In this document: in pieces, positions 35,459 through 47,055 of the stretch
How the letters are laid out: the number at the start of each line of letters is the position of its first letter
How positions within the stretch are numbered: position 1 is the first letter of the stretch
From: Octopus vulgaris
Lineage: Eukaryota
Assembly (NCBI GenBank): GCA_951406725.2
Contig: OX597814.1
Span: 175,832,001 to 175,896,000, forward strand
DNA length: 64,000 nucleotides
Reading direction: 5' to 3'
The notes under the pieces: model-generated
Database searches by the model: none
Told to the model about the DNA's origin: nothing
Seen by the model: only the letters and a program-made list of their open reading frames with translations
Translations under genes and position numbers: made by a program

Positions 35459-35517
35459 ATTCTAGATCCCGGATTTCTGACTTTGCATTTAGAAATGCTT
35501 TGCCTCGTCAGTAGAAT
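35459..35517 (-). ncRNA. Type I hammerhead ribozyme
   Basis: Minus: ATTCTA-CTGACGA-GGC aaa GCATTT ct AAATGC aaa GTC-a-GAAA-TCCGGGA-TC-TAGAAT. 6-bp stem I, near-palindromic stem III, AUC triplet. Confidence 0.75.
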
Positions 35518-35568
35518 ACACTCAGAAAGAAACATAAATACACATATATATCACACACACACACACAC

Positions 35569-35642
<74 letters not shown>

Positions 35643-35855
35643 ACAACATACGAATACTTGAGTTCGTTATTTTATTTTAAATTAACGATCTCATCCTTAT
35701 TTATATATATTTAAATTTATTTCGTCACTGTATTTACTGCGGTGATATTTTACCATATAGCACTTGGAATTAAGCGGCGGGAATTTTGAACTAGCCTTGA
35801 TGCATACGTGCATATATGCGTATGTATACGTTCGTATATGTAAGTATTCGTATGT

Positions 35856-35896
<41 letters not shown>

Positions 35897-36137
35897 ACTT
35901 AACAGACATCCTTAATTAAATCAAACAGCACATGGATTTAATCATATGGATCTCAATCCTCCAAGGTAATTTTTTCAAGAACTATCATTAAACTCGAGAT
36001 ACACACAAAGACTTTACAATGTATCGGAATACCTATTTTTTAATTTTTGTACATGTTTATTATTTTTTGCAAAAAACAATGTAATTTTCTTTTTTTGCCC
36101 CTCCTCAAACATAACAAAATTTTTTTTTCTTTCCACC

Positions 36138-36172
36138 TTGAAAAGTCACATTGTGATGAAAACCGGTTTGAA
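36138..36172 (+). ncRNA. Hammerhead-like motif, U3-A8 core variant (copy 1)
   Basis: TTGAAAA-GTCAC att GTGAT-GAAA-ACCGGT-TT-GAA; downstream sequence homologous to 57283-57380; stem I poor. Confidence 0.5.
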
Positions 36173-36321
36173 TTAATATATATATATTTTATTAATTTTC
36201 TCAAAATTTTCCATACATCCATTTTCATTAAAATTTTCCTTCAATTTAGCATTCTGCCTTTTTAATTTTTCCTTGCCTATCATTTCTCCACGTGCGGTCA
36301 ACACAACCCCACCATTTATTG

Positions 36322-36365
<44 letters not shown>

Positions 36366-36713
36366 CAGAGGTCAAGGACAGCTTCTCAGCCCTTCACGGA
36401 GCTTAGATAAAACAACAGCTCTGCACCATTGGTTTCAGTGCTTTAGTTTCTGCACGCTCGACGAATCCTAGTTCAAAAATTACCAGTGATCTTCAGATGT
36501 CATCCAGACTAACAGATCTCTGCTGGCCCCTTCCGATCACATATCATTTCACGTTATATCCATGTTTAACAGCAGACCAGATTATATTATAAAGGTGATA
36601 ACAAGCCGTCAGTTAAAGCCACAGCAAATGCCCGTTACTGTCACCATTATATTGCGTATGTACTGCAATACACAGTGACGTGTGTAATGTACTATCTCTC
36701 CCCACTCTCTCTC

Positions 36714-36757
<44 letters not shown>

Positions 36758-37157
36758 TACGTGTATGTATATTTATATATTATTATATATATATGTGTAT
36801 GTGTGTTTGTATCTATATATATATATCGTTCTTTTTCTCTCTCACTCGCTCTTTGTCTCATACATGTATGTGTGTGTTTGTGTGTGTAAACATATATGAG
36901 CAAAAAGAAATAACTTAGCGTCAATGAGCACCATAAACAAATATATGTACAACAAATACTATACAACATAAATTCTCAATTTATTAAAATCATTTCCGCC
37001 TCTAGAGGATGTATCCTAAATGCCAAACGGCAATTAAGATTAACTCCACTCAACTGGACAAGGGCAGATTACCTCAAGATTCAAAAAATCTTCCACAGCT
37101 GACTGGCCATTAAAGAAAACAGCATACTTATTGTCTATATAATTAACATCATGAAAC

Positions 37158-37580
37158 TCTTTTACTCTTTTAATCTTTTACATGTTTCAGTCATTTGACT
37201 GTGGCCATGCTGGAGCACCGCCTTTAGTCGAGGAAATCGACCCCAGGACTTGTTCTTTGTAAGCTTAGTACTTATTCTGTCGGTCTCTTTTGCCTGACCG
37301 CTAAGTTACATGGACGTAAACACACCAGCATCGGTTGTCAAGCGTTGTTGGGGGTGGGGATGGGGGAAAACACAGACACGCAAACACACATACAAAAATA
37401 TATGTATACATATATACGACGGGCTTCTTTCAGTTTTCGTCTACCAAATCCACTTGCAAGGCTTTGGTCGGCTCGATGCTATAGTAGAAGACACGTGCCC
37501 AAGGTGCCATGCAGTGGGACTGAACCCGGAATCATGTGGTTCGTAAGCAAGATACTTACCACACAGCCACTCCTGCGCCT
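37158..37580 (-). mobile_element. SINE family A, full length, with probable TSD ATGAAAC
   Basis: Reverse complement of family A; ATGAAAC at 37151-37157 and 37582-37588. Confidence 0.92.
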
Positions 37581-39139
37581 AATGAAACATTATAACAATA
37601 CGCCTAGCTCTGTCTTGAAGTGAAAGTAAATATTTCTGAGTATTTTACTATGGTCGTAGGAAACTACACTCAGCCTACACCGGCCAAAATTCCTTTCAAA
37701 TATTCTGAGGCAAGTGGAAACCTCCTTCCCCTGGATATGGAAAAGGCTGGGCTGGATGTCCTTTTAGGAGCAGAAAGATAGCTTTCTCTCCAATTCTTTC
37801 CATTAAGAAATATTTCATTTAGTAACATATTTGAGATACGCTAGATTTTCAAAATTTTATGGTTGGCAAGAGAATCTAAACAAATTTTGCTATTGTTGTT
37901 GTTGTTGTTGTTGCTATCGTTACATGAGTTTTTTGTTAGGATTTTGGCTGATTTTATGTGTGTTATGGAGCGAGATAATTCAGTATATTCCTGTATATAT
38001 TTTCAAAAATACAAATACTTGTTTCTTATCGTTTGTTGTCATTTCTGGAGGCGTGTATATTGTTTGCTTTAAACTCCTGACATTAGAAATGTACTTGTCT
38101 GGTAAGTTAATGGCTGTTTTTTTCTTCTTACAAACGGGGTAAAATGCAAATGTTAATATGGGCCTGGCGATCTGTGAACTTAGTTCACTCACTCAAATAA
38201 TTCGTTCTGCGCATATTATCCGAAACGTAGCATGTCTTGCCAAGACAAGAAACCGAAACAAGAACAATTAAAACAAGAAGCATAACAACGAGGACAATAA
38301 TAATATTATTATTATCCCTGGTTTCGGCACAAGGCCAGCAGATTTGATGGCTGGTAATTAGTCACTGACTCATTCCTTGACTGTTTATTTTTTTTATTAG
38401 TATTTTATCGACAATGGAGGATTGAAAGACAAAATAGACTGAAGCGAGATTTGGAGTCAGAACGTTAAGAATCAAAACAAATATAGTATGAATTTGTGGT
38501 GGTGGTGGTCGTGGGGAGACTAAAATGGAACAGTTTTTTCTCCGGAGGTAGAAAATGACTTTGTGTAGGATCAACACCCTACCTACAAGAGAAAAGCAAA
38601 TTTACGGGCTCATCAATGACAAGTCAAAGTAAAAAAAAAAGACCTGGGAGAGGAAGACCTTACCTCATAGGAACATAAAAAGAGAAACCTTAGCAAAAGG
38701 CAAGGTCGAGAGCAGTGGAGAAAAGTCATGCGTGGTCGATGTCTCATAGGGAGCGAAGGACTTAAGTAACAAATTTTAAGGCATGTCCGAAAGAGAAAAA
38801 CATCATCTGTCCTCAGTTTTGTTAATCGAATCCACTATATGACCTCTTTCACCATAACTAACAGACAGTAGGAGTTTGCTCCTCCAGGAAAGTGTAAGGC
38901 GATGGGGCAACATTCATGATGGACTCGGCCGAAAGCCGGGTCTACACTACACACATTATAGTTGTTCGACATACCTCCACAGAGAAGCAATACTCAGATA
39001 TTGTATAAATGCAAGGAAAACGGTTTCGTCGTTCTGCGCGCTTCTCAGAAAGCCCCTAAGTAACGCAACCACAATCATTTATACCATTCTGCCATTGTTG
39101 TTGTTGTTTTTTTGGTCGCAGGTCAGCCCTGATGGAACG

Positions 39140-39458
39140 TCTCATTTATTTATTTATGTGCCCTTTTCAAGCCTAGCCAGACGCATGGGCCCGGTTTCCC
39201 CGTTTCTGTGGCGTTTGTGTTCCCCCCAGTTGGACGGGACTCCAGTCCATCGCAGCGTTACTCAAGAAACAGGAAGAAAGAGTGAGAGAAAGTTGAGGCG
39301 AAAGAGTACAACAGGGGTCGCCCCCACCTCTCGTGGAGCCTTTTTTTCTTGGGGTGTTTTCGCTCAATAAACATACACAACGCCCGGTCTGGTAATCGAA
39401 GCCGCGATCCTCCGACCGCGAGTCCGCTGCGCTAACCACTGGGTCATTGCGCCTCCAC
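39140..39458 (-). mobile_element. tRNA-headed SINE (fourth family)
   Basis: Minus head gtggaggcgcaatgacccagtggttagcgcagcgg...ggcttcgattacc; (TAAA)n tail. Confidence 0.8.
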
Positions 39459-39899
39459 GGAACGTATTATACCCAACGGTATTTCCATAATCATTGAACG
39501 AAAACATATTAAACATAACCATTAAATGCTATGGTGTTGCTATAACCACTGAACAGGTTAGGGCTAGAGCAACGAATAATGCTCTCTTTTCTAAAACACT
39601 AGGGTGTCATTTCTAGGTAGATTTTGCCGGTATTACTTTCAGATGAATTAAGCGGCAAAGAGATCTTCAAAACAAAAGTTTCTCTCGTTTTAGTATCAAT
39701 GTATTTCAAGGGTTAAAAAAAAAAAAATAAAAGCTGCAAAGTACTTTGTTGCTTCATTGGTTTGACCCGTTCCTAAATCTAGATCAGTAGATTTGGCACA
39801 AATCTAGAAGAAAGAATGATCTCAACACTAGACTCAAACCACTTCAGCAACAAATTTATGTTTGTTTTAATGATTCGGTAACTTACACTTTCTATCTGT

Positions 39900-39928
39900 T
39901 ATGATGACGACGATGATGGTGATGGTGG

Positions 39929-39974
<46 letters not shown>

Positions 39975-40155
39975 AATGATAATGGTGGTAGTGGTGACGA
40001 CGATGATGATGATGAGGAGGTTAATGCTGATGATAATGATGATGGTGGTGGCGACGATGATGATGAAGATGGTGGTGGTGCTAGTGGTCGTAATGATAAT
40101 GATTTCAATGATGATGATGGTGATGAGGAGGAGGATGACGATGATAATGATGACC
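39900..40155. repeat. Degenerate (GAT)n trinucleotide repeat
   Basis: Directly visible. Confidence 0.95.
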
Positions 40156-40778
40156 CACACGTCACTGATTTACTGTTTTCCTTCATTTAGACTGGCGGTC
40201 AGCCAATGTCAATGAACCCACTGTACAAACATTAGAATTTCAAACAATAAATAAGTGATGTTTCTCTACGTACGAACGTACGTATGCATGCATGTACGTA
40301 TGTATTTGTGTATGTATGTATGTATGTATGTATGTATTATGTATGTATTATGTATGTATATATGTGAGCATGTATGTATGTTTGTATGTGCATGTATGCG
40401 TGTGCATGAATGTATGTATGTATTTATGTATATGTACAATTTTGTATGCGCGCATGCATATACGTATGTCAGTACATGTCAATACTTTTCTACACAAGTA
40501 TGCAAGGATCTAGGTTTGTGATGGTGTGTGTGTGCCTGTCTGTCTGTCTGCCTGTATGTCTGCCTGTATTTATGCATGTTTGTATGCAAGTGGGTGTGTG
40601 TATCTGTTATAATATACATATTTGGTTATCCCGAAATGAAAAGAGACATGCCTAAATTTATATATACACACATGCATACACGCATGTATGCATGCATACA
40701 TACTCATTATTGTAAATATATGTTTGTATGGATAGATACGTGCATAGAAATATACACATTAATGTATATATTAATGTA

Positions 40779-40853
<75 letters not shown>

Positions 40854-40955
40854 TACACACACATATATTGTTCGTGTCAACGTTCTTATCTTTCTCTCTC
40901 TCTCTCTCAGATTTATATATATATATATACGAACATATATATATATAAATACATG

Positions 40956-40986
<31 letters not shown>

Positions 40987-41047
40987 GAACATATATATAT
41001 ATAAATACATGTATATATATATATGTGTATATATATATGTATATATA

Positions 41048-41117
<70 letters not shown>

Positions 41118-41232
41118 TAAATAGATAGATAGATAGATAGATAGAGATATTTATAAATACGAATACATAATTATACTTACATACGCATTCATGCATATAG
41201 ATACAAACAGTCACATACACACACACTGAGAA

Positions 41233-41288
41233 ACAATCTTAAGACGCCGAAATTGTGATGTCATTTGGTCGATAACTGATGAGGGATG
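41233..41288 (+). ncRNA. Degenerate hammerhead with the same non-circular strand order as 23594-23667
   Basis: ACAA-T-C (41233-38) / GAAA-TTGT (41249-56); TTA/TAA stem I remnant before CTGATGA (41276-82); CC/GG stem II. Confidence 0.5.
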
Positions 41289-41374
41289 AATGTCCTTTGT
41301 ATGATTTTCCTGCTCTCCGTATGCTCGTTCATCGTCCTTCTGCACCACTATTAATTAATGCAATGGCTCTCCAA

Positions 41375-41590
41375 AGCGGCGAGATGGCAGAACCATTAGT
41401 ACTCCGACACAAAATGCTTAGAAGCATTTCGTCCGTCTTTACATTCTGAGTTCAAATTCCGCCGTCGTCCACTTTGCTTTTCGTCCTTGCGGTGTCGTTA
41501 AAATAAGTATCTATTGAACACTAGGGTCGATGTAATGGACTTAGCCCGCCCCCCAGAATTGCTGGCCTTGTGCTAAAATTTGAAATCAAT
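41375..41590 (+). mobile_element. SINE family B
   Basis: gcggcgagatggcagaacc...gagttcaaattcc (B box)...ggccttgtgctaaaatttgaaa. Confidence 0.85.
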
Positions 41591-41765
41591 GCAATGCCAC
41601 TCATTTTTATATAGGCTCTTAGCTTAGTGGTTAGTGTATTCGGCTCACGATCATAAGGTCATGAGTTCGATTGCTGGAGGTTCTTTGTGTCCATGACTTT
41701 TTATCTATCTATCTGTCTGTCTGTCTGATTGTCTGTCTGATTGTCTGTCTGTCTCTGTCTCTCTA

Positions 41766-41802
<37 letters not shown>

Positions 41803-42082
41803 GTATGGATGTATACATCTGTTTGTTATTCTTTCATATTTGTATATTTTTGAACCTTGCACCTTGGGCAGTATTTTCTACCACAGCCTCGGTCCAATCA
41901 AAGCCTTGTGAGTGGATTTGATAGATGAAAACTGAAAGAAGTATATCATATATATATATATATATATATGTAAGATATGCCGAAAAATTGGACATATTGT
42001 CCATTAACCATACAATTTGTTCACAGTATGCACGCTACTCGAAAAAAGGTCGACAGAAATTTCTAAAACATACCATTATTAC

Positions 42083-42139
42083 CATATCGGACCGATTTCA
42101 GGGTTAGCTTATAACAGCCCTCCCTTCGTCAGTGATACA
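42083..42139 (-). ncRNA. Type I hammerhead ribozyme (repeat copy 1)
   Basis: Minus: TGTATCA-CTGACGA-AGGG...CCCT-GAAA-TCGG-TC-CGATATG; GUC triplet; A-C mismatch at first stem I pair. Confidence 0.75.
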
Positions 42140-42580
42140 TGTGGCAAAAGAAATAAATGAGATACTTACTCATACCCATGGAAGAAACGAACACTAAGTC
42201 ATGAGCACAATTAAGTACCCCAAATACATCCAAAATAGAAATACTCCAGCCTATTCGAGACACGTGCGATTTAAACTAATGCTCTCACAGAGTGAAAGAG
42301 TCCGGAAGTGAACGCTTAAATTTATATCTAATGAAGGATAAAATTTTTTCGAAAAAAATATTCTTTTCCAAAAAAAATTTTATCAATGGCCAGCATATCA
42401 AAAAATACCTTTAAAGGTTAAATCTATAAACAATTCATAATTAAGGGCAAACGAAAAAATTTCTAATGCCAGATATGCCGAAAAATTGGACATATTGTCC
42501 ATTAACCATATAATTTTTTCACAATATGCACGCTACTCGAAAAAAGGTCGACAGATATTTCTAAAACATACCATTATTAC

Positions 42581-42637
42581 CATATCGGACCGATTTCAGG
42601 GTTAGCTTATAACAGCCCTCCCTTCGTCAGTGATACA
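42581..42637 (-). ncRNA. Type I hammerhead ribozyme (repeat copy 2)
   Basis: Identical to 42083-42139. Confidence 0.75.
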
Positions 42638-42865
42638 TGTGGCAAAAGAAATAAATGAGATACTTACTCATACCCATGGAAGAAGCGAACACTAAGTCAT
42701 GAGCACAATGACTTTTTCGTTTGCCCTTAATTATGAATTGTTTATAGATTTAACCTTTAAAGGTATTTTTTGATATGCTGGCCATTGATAAAATTTTTTT
42801 TGGAAAAGAATATTTTTTTAGAAAATATTTTATCCTTCATTAGATATATATATATATATGTATAT

Positions 42866-43109
42866 ATACAAAATTAAGAGGAATGACCACTAAAGTGGAC
42901 ACCCTATATGCTAAACATAGACGTCAAATCGCCATTACCACGAAGAATGTGTTCTCAAGAAAAAATCTCAGCAAAACGCCAAACGGTAAAAATTTGAGCT
43001 TTGCTGAGATTTTTTCTTGAGAACACATTCTTCGTGGTAATGGCGATTTGACGTTTATGTTTAGCATATAGGGTGTCCACTTTAGTGGTCATTCCTCTAA
43101 ATTTTGTAT
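42866..43109. repeat. Near-perfect 110-bp inverted repeat with 24-nt loop
   Basis: 42866-42975 vs 43000-43109, two mismatches seen; starts at a (TA)n edge. Confidence 0.97.
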
Positions 43110-43189
43110 GTAGAACACCATTTTTGATCTTCGGATTTTTAAATATGCTAAGCCACTGGTTTTAATTGATTAACATCAATTTCTACCCT

Positions 43190-43256
<67 letters not shown>

Positions 43257-43933
43257 TGTCTTTGTGTTTGTCTCCCATCGAAGCTTGACAACCGGTGATT
43301 GTGTTTACGTACTTGTAACTTAGTGGTTCTGCAAAATGAAACCCATAGAGTAAGTACGAGGCTTAACAAAAAATAAGTACTGGATTTTATTCATTCGACT
43401 TAAAATTCTTCAAGGCGGTGCCCCAGTATGGCCACAGCCTAATTACTCAAACAGGAAAAAGATAAGTTATAAGCAACAAGATTATACTGTTGTAAATTCG
43501 ATCGACTACGTTCATGCAGTTTGTGGTCTTGCGCAAAGTCATAGAAACCTATATCATATAATATTGTATCCTGTAAAATAATACAGTATATATCATATGC
43601 TATACTAAAATGTAGTAATACACATACACACACATATACATATATATCCACATAAATATATATGTACCTACATGTATATATACACGCTTTCGCACGCCCA
43701 GCTGCTGTTCGTGTGCGTTAAAGTTAGTTTTAAATCAAGTTATATATAAAAAGTTTAACATTAAACTAAAGGATAATTCAATGTTATTTTGTTGGGTACA
43801 TATTAATTTTTAGTTGGAATATATTTGCAGTGACTTCGAAGTTTTGTATTGTTTGCTGTCATCAGACATTCGCTATGATAGATCGCTAGCCACTACACAT
43901 TCTTTATTTTCTCTACTTGTTTCTTTCTGTGTT

Positions 43934-43971
43934 CCTTTCTGTGGAAGAGCGTAGGCTCGAAACATTAAAGG
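43934..43971 (+). ncRNA. Minimal type I hammerhead-like motif (variant/degenerate core)
   Basis: CCTTT-CTGTGGA-A-GAGC gtag GCTC-GAAA-CA-TT-AAAGG. Stems I and II perfect; core deviates from CUGANGA. Confidence 0.6.
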
Positions 43972-44604
43972 CTTTTTTACTTCCCGAGCGTTGTACTAAT
44001 GCATCAGTTTGTTGTTTAGACTACCTGTCTTCGTCTTTTGTTTTTTTTTGTGAATTCTCCCCATATATGCGCACACACAGACACACTCACACACCTATAT
44101 ACGCATATATATACATACATATGCACGCAAACATATATTAACATACACACACATACATACATACATACATACATACATACACACATACACACATACATAC
44201 ATACATACATACATACATACATACATACATACATACAATACATGCATATATAATTACATGTAGACACAAACACGCGTGTACACTCACACGCTAACAGACA
44301 TACTCACACATTTGTAGCATCATGATTCACATGATGGCCTAGATATGAAGTCAATAGGGCTAATCATGCATTAATGAATATTTTTCTAATTATGAGAAGT
44401 CAAAGCAATTTATTCTACTGGTCACACTTAACAACAGACAAAGAAGATATTGATTTCTTCTGACCAGGTGATGAGGAGTTACACAATCAATTGAGCCGTA
44501 AGAACAGTACTGAAATATTTGTTCTCATGCTTTGTATCTGCGAACAAGCGGTGCCTGTGTAGAATGCAGTCATTTTTCAAGCTAATATACACATCATAAG
44601 AAAG

Positions 44605-44763
44605 TAAATTTCGAACGCAGTATAACTGAAAGCAGCAGGAAGATTGGGTATGTTACTCTTATAAGGGTAAGACGGAAAAAAAGTTAAGTTACCAGCAGGT
44701 GACTAGAAGAGTAAAATACTCTACCTTTCTGCGGTGTCACAACTATATTGCGTTCGAAATTTA
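44605..44763. repeat. Diverged foldback/MITE-like inverted repeat
   Basis: taaatttcgaacgca...tactctt (44605-44660) vs aagagta...tgcgttcgaaattta (44707-44763). Confidence 0.75.
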
Positions 44764-44902
44764 TTCCCTTGTCTGTAAAATACCAAACACATTCGACGCT
44801 TCCAAAGTTTGTTTATAAAATGTTGACACATCATAACTCAATCACAGCGGTAAGTTGTTCCAACTTTGCTTAGTCAGTACACAGTGAAATGTCTTGTTCG
44901 CA

Positions 44903-44937
<35 letters not shown>

Positions 44938-45005
44938 GTAAGTAACAAACTAACTAACTAACTGACTGACTGACTGACTGATGGCATGTACTGCTCTCTC
45001 ATTCA

Positions 45006-45018
45006 GTACTACTACTAT

Positions 45019-45104
<86 letters not shown>

Positions 45105-45202
45105 ATAATAATAATGATAATAATGATAATAATGATAATAATGATAATAATGATAATGATAATATTAATAATAATAATAGTAATAATAATAATAATAATA
45201 AC
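45006..45202. repeat. (TAC)n followed by (AAT/GAT)n
   Basis: Directly visible. Confidence 0.97.
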
Positions 45203-45250
45203 ATCGAAAAATACCCTAGCAATGAGAACCCAGGTTCGAAATTTCCCCAA

Positions 45251-45296
45251 GACACCTGATGAAGGCTGGAGAGTATACCAGCCGAAACGTTGTGTT
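45251..45296 (+). ncRNA. Minimal type I hammerhead ribozyme
   Basis: GACAC-CTGATGA-A-GGCTGG agagtata CCAGCC-GAAA-CG-TT-GTGTT. Palindromic ACGT stem III typical of PLE dimeric HHRs. Confidence 0.85.
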
Positions 45297-46390
45297 AACA
45301 ATAAACAAGATGAGTACAAATATCCGTCAAATGTAAATAATGCAGTTGACTAATCCATCCCATACGGTGCCTCACCATGGCCGCAGCTAATTATTGAAAC
45401 AAGCAAAAGAGAAAAGATTAAATATATATATATATATATATATGTAAAAAAAAAGAAGCTATAAATAAAATAAAATGAAATAAAAGGCAGTTCTATTGGC
45501 AGGATTCGAATATCCAACCAATGTAGCTTATTTATATTTATCCGGTGCATTATCAATTCGCCAATCCACCCACCTAAATTGGTTCTGTTGATCCTTGGTC
45601 AGGATATCTTTATTTGGTCGCTCTTCGTTCTAGCTATGATCAAACAACGGCACTCTAGTTGTAGTCTTTTATTTCATCCTGCTTTGTTCTTTTTTATATT
45701 GAACTATTTTGTTTTTGCTTCAGTATTTTTCATTCTATGTTATGTTATGTTGCTAAAGCTAATTAATTTTGTTTTCTTGGCGGATCATGTTGTGTTTTTG
45801 TTAATATGTGTATTGTTGGCAAGAGAAAAAGTAAAAAAATCATTATTGGAATTTAGACGTTTTCATTTATTATTTTATTTTATTTTATTTTATTCATTCA
45901 TTTTGGTGTTTGTGCTCGTATATAAACTTAATGTATCAGTTTGCCTAATTTTGATAGTAAAGCCTGTAGAAAACACCCATTGAGGAGGAGTAGAAAGAGA
46001 AATCTTATCTCTACAGACAACCTTTATTAGCGCCTATTGAGCTTTTCATTTGTTTGTATAAACACATAAACAACTTCCTTGTGTGTACGTATGTATTATG
46101 TACGTACGTAATTGTGTATGTATATCTATGTATATATGTATGCATGCGTGCATGTGTATGTTTGTATGTATGTTTGTATGTATGTATGTTTGTATGTATG
46201 TATGTTTGTATGTGTGTATGTATGTTTGTATGTGTGTATGTATGTATATGTATGTATGTTGGTTGGTATTATATTCATTCGTATATACATACACACATGC
46301 ATTTACACATAAATACATACATACATGTATATATATGTATATGTGTATATATATATACATGAATGTATGCATTTGTGTGTGTATATATAA

Positions 46391-46449
<59 letters not shown>

Positions 46450-46840
46450 AGATTAGACAGATAAATAGCTAAAAAGAGAAAGATAATTAGAGGTAAGTGG
46501 ATAAATATACATAGATAGATAGATACCTAAACAGATAGACAGACAGACAGATAGACAACCTGAAAGCCAGATAGGTAGATAGGTACGTGGTAGTAATGTT
46601 ATTATCCGTCTGAATTTGCTTGAGGCACATTCGGACTGGAGAACAAGCTACGTACTGCGTTTGGTCACGGAAAATATATCCCATTTGTTGACAAATGGTG
46701 TGTTTACACCTAGATCACCTCATAGCGCCACCTACACAGACCGTGAGATGCAAGCAATTTGGAGTAGTTATCTTCTATTCGGAGGCGGGCGGGCGGCACT
46801 ACGAGCTGATTGAAGAGACTAGCTCTCTTATACTTTTCAG

Positions 46841-46881
46841 GTTGCCATACGGCGACTGGCAGCGCTGTGCGGCGGCTCACC
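46841..46881 (+). other. Candidate 41-nt exon in a GC-rich unique island
   Basis: Polypyrimidine tract + ttttcag acceptor and gtaagt donor around a GC-rich segment; no product recognised. Confidence 0.4.
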
Positions 46882-47014
46882 GTAAGTAAATTACAGAGGT
46901 GGAACGCTAAGCAGTGATAAATGATAAGAGAAAATTTGCTTGGTATATAAAGGATTGAAAATGGAAATTTCACTGATCTTTACTATATATATAGATATAC
47001 ATAAAAATATCCAT

Positions 47015-47055
<41 letters not shown>

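Larger units (their letters stand above)
41973..42848 (-). mobile_element. Non-coding PLE/retrozyme-like element: 239-bp direct repeats (41973-42211, 42471-42709), each with a hammerhead, plus inverted copy (42713-42848) of 42323-42459
   Basis: Direct and inverted repeats read directly; 498-bp period; flanked by (TA)n. Confidence 0.85.
41855..43465 (+). mobile_element. SINE family A split by insertions in its (TA)n (5' part 41855-41945, 3' part 43250-43465)
   Basis: Both halves are collinear with 20114-20527. Confidence 0.75.
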
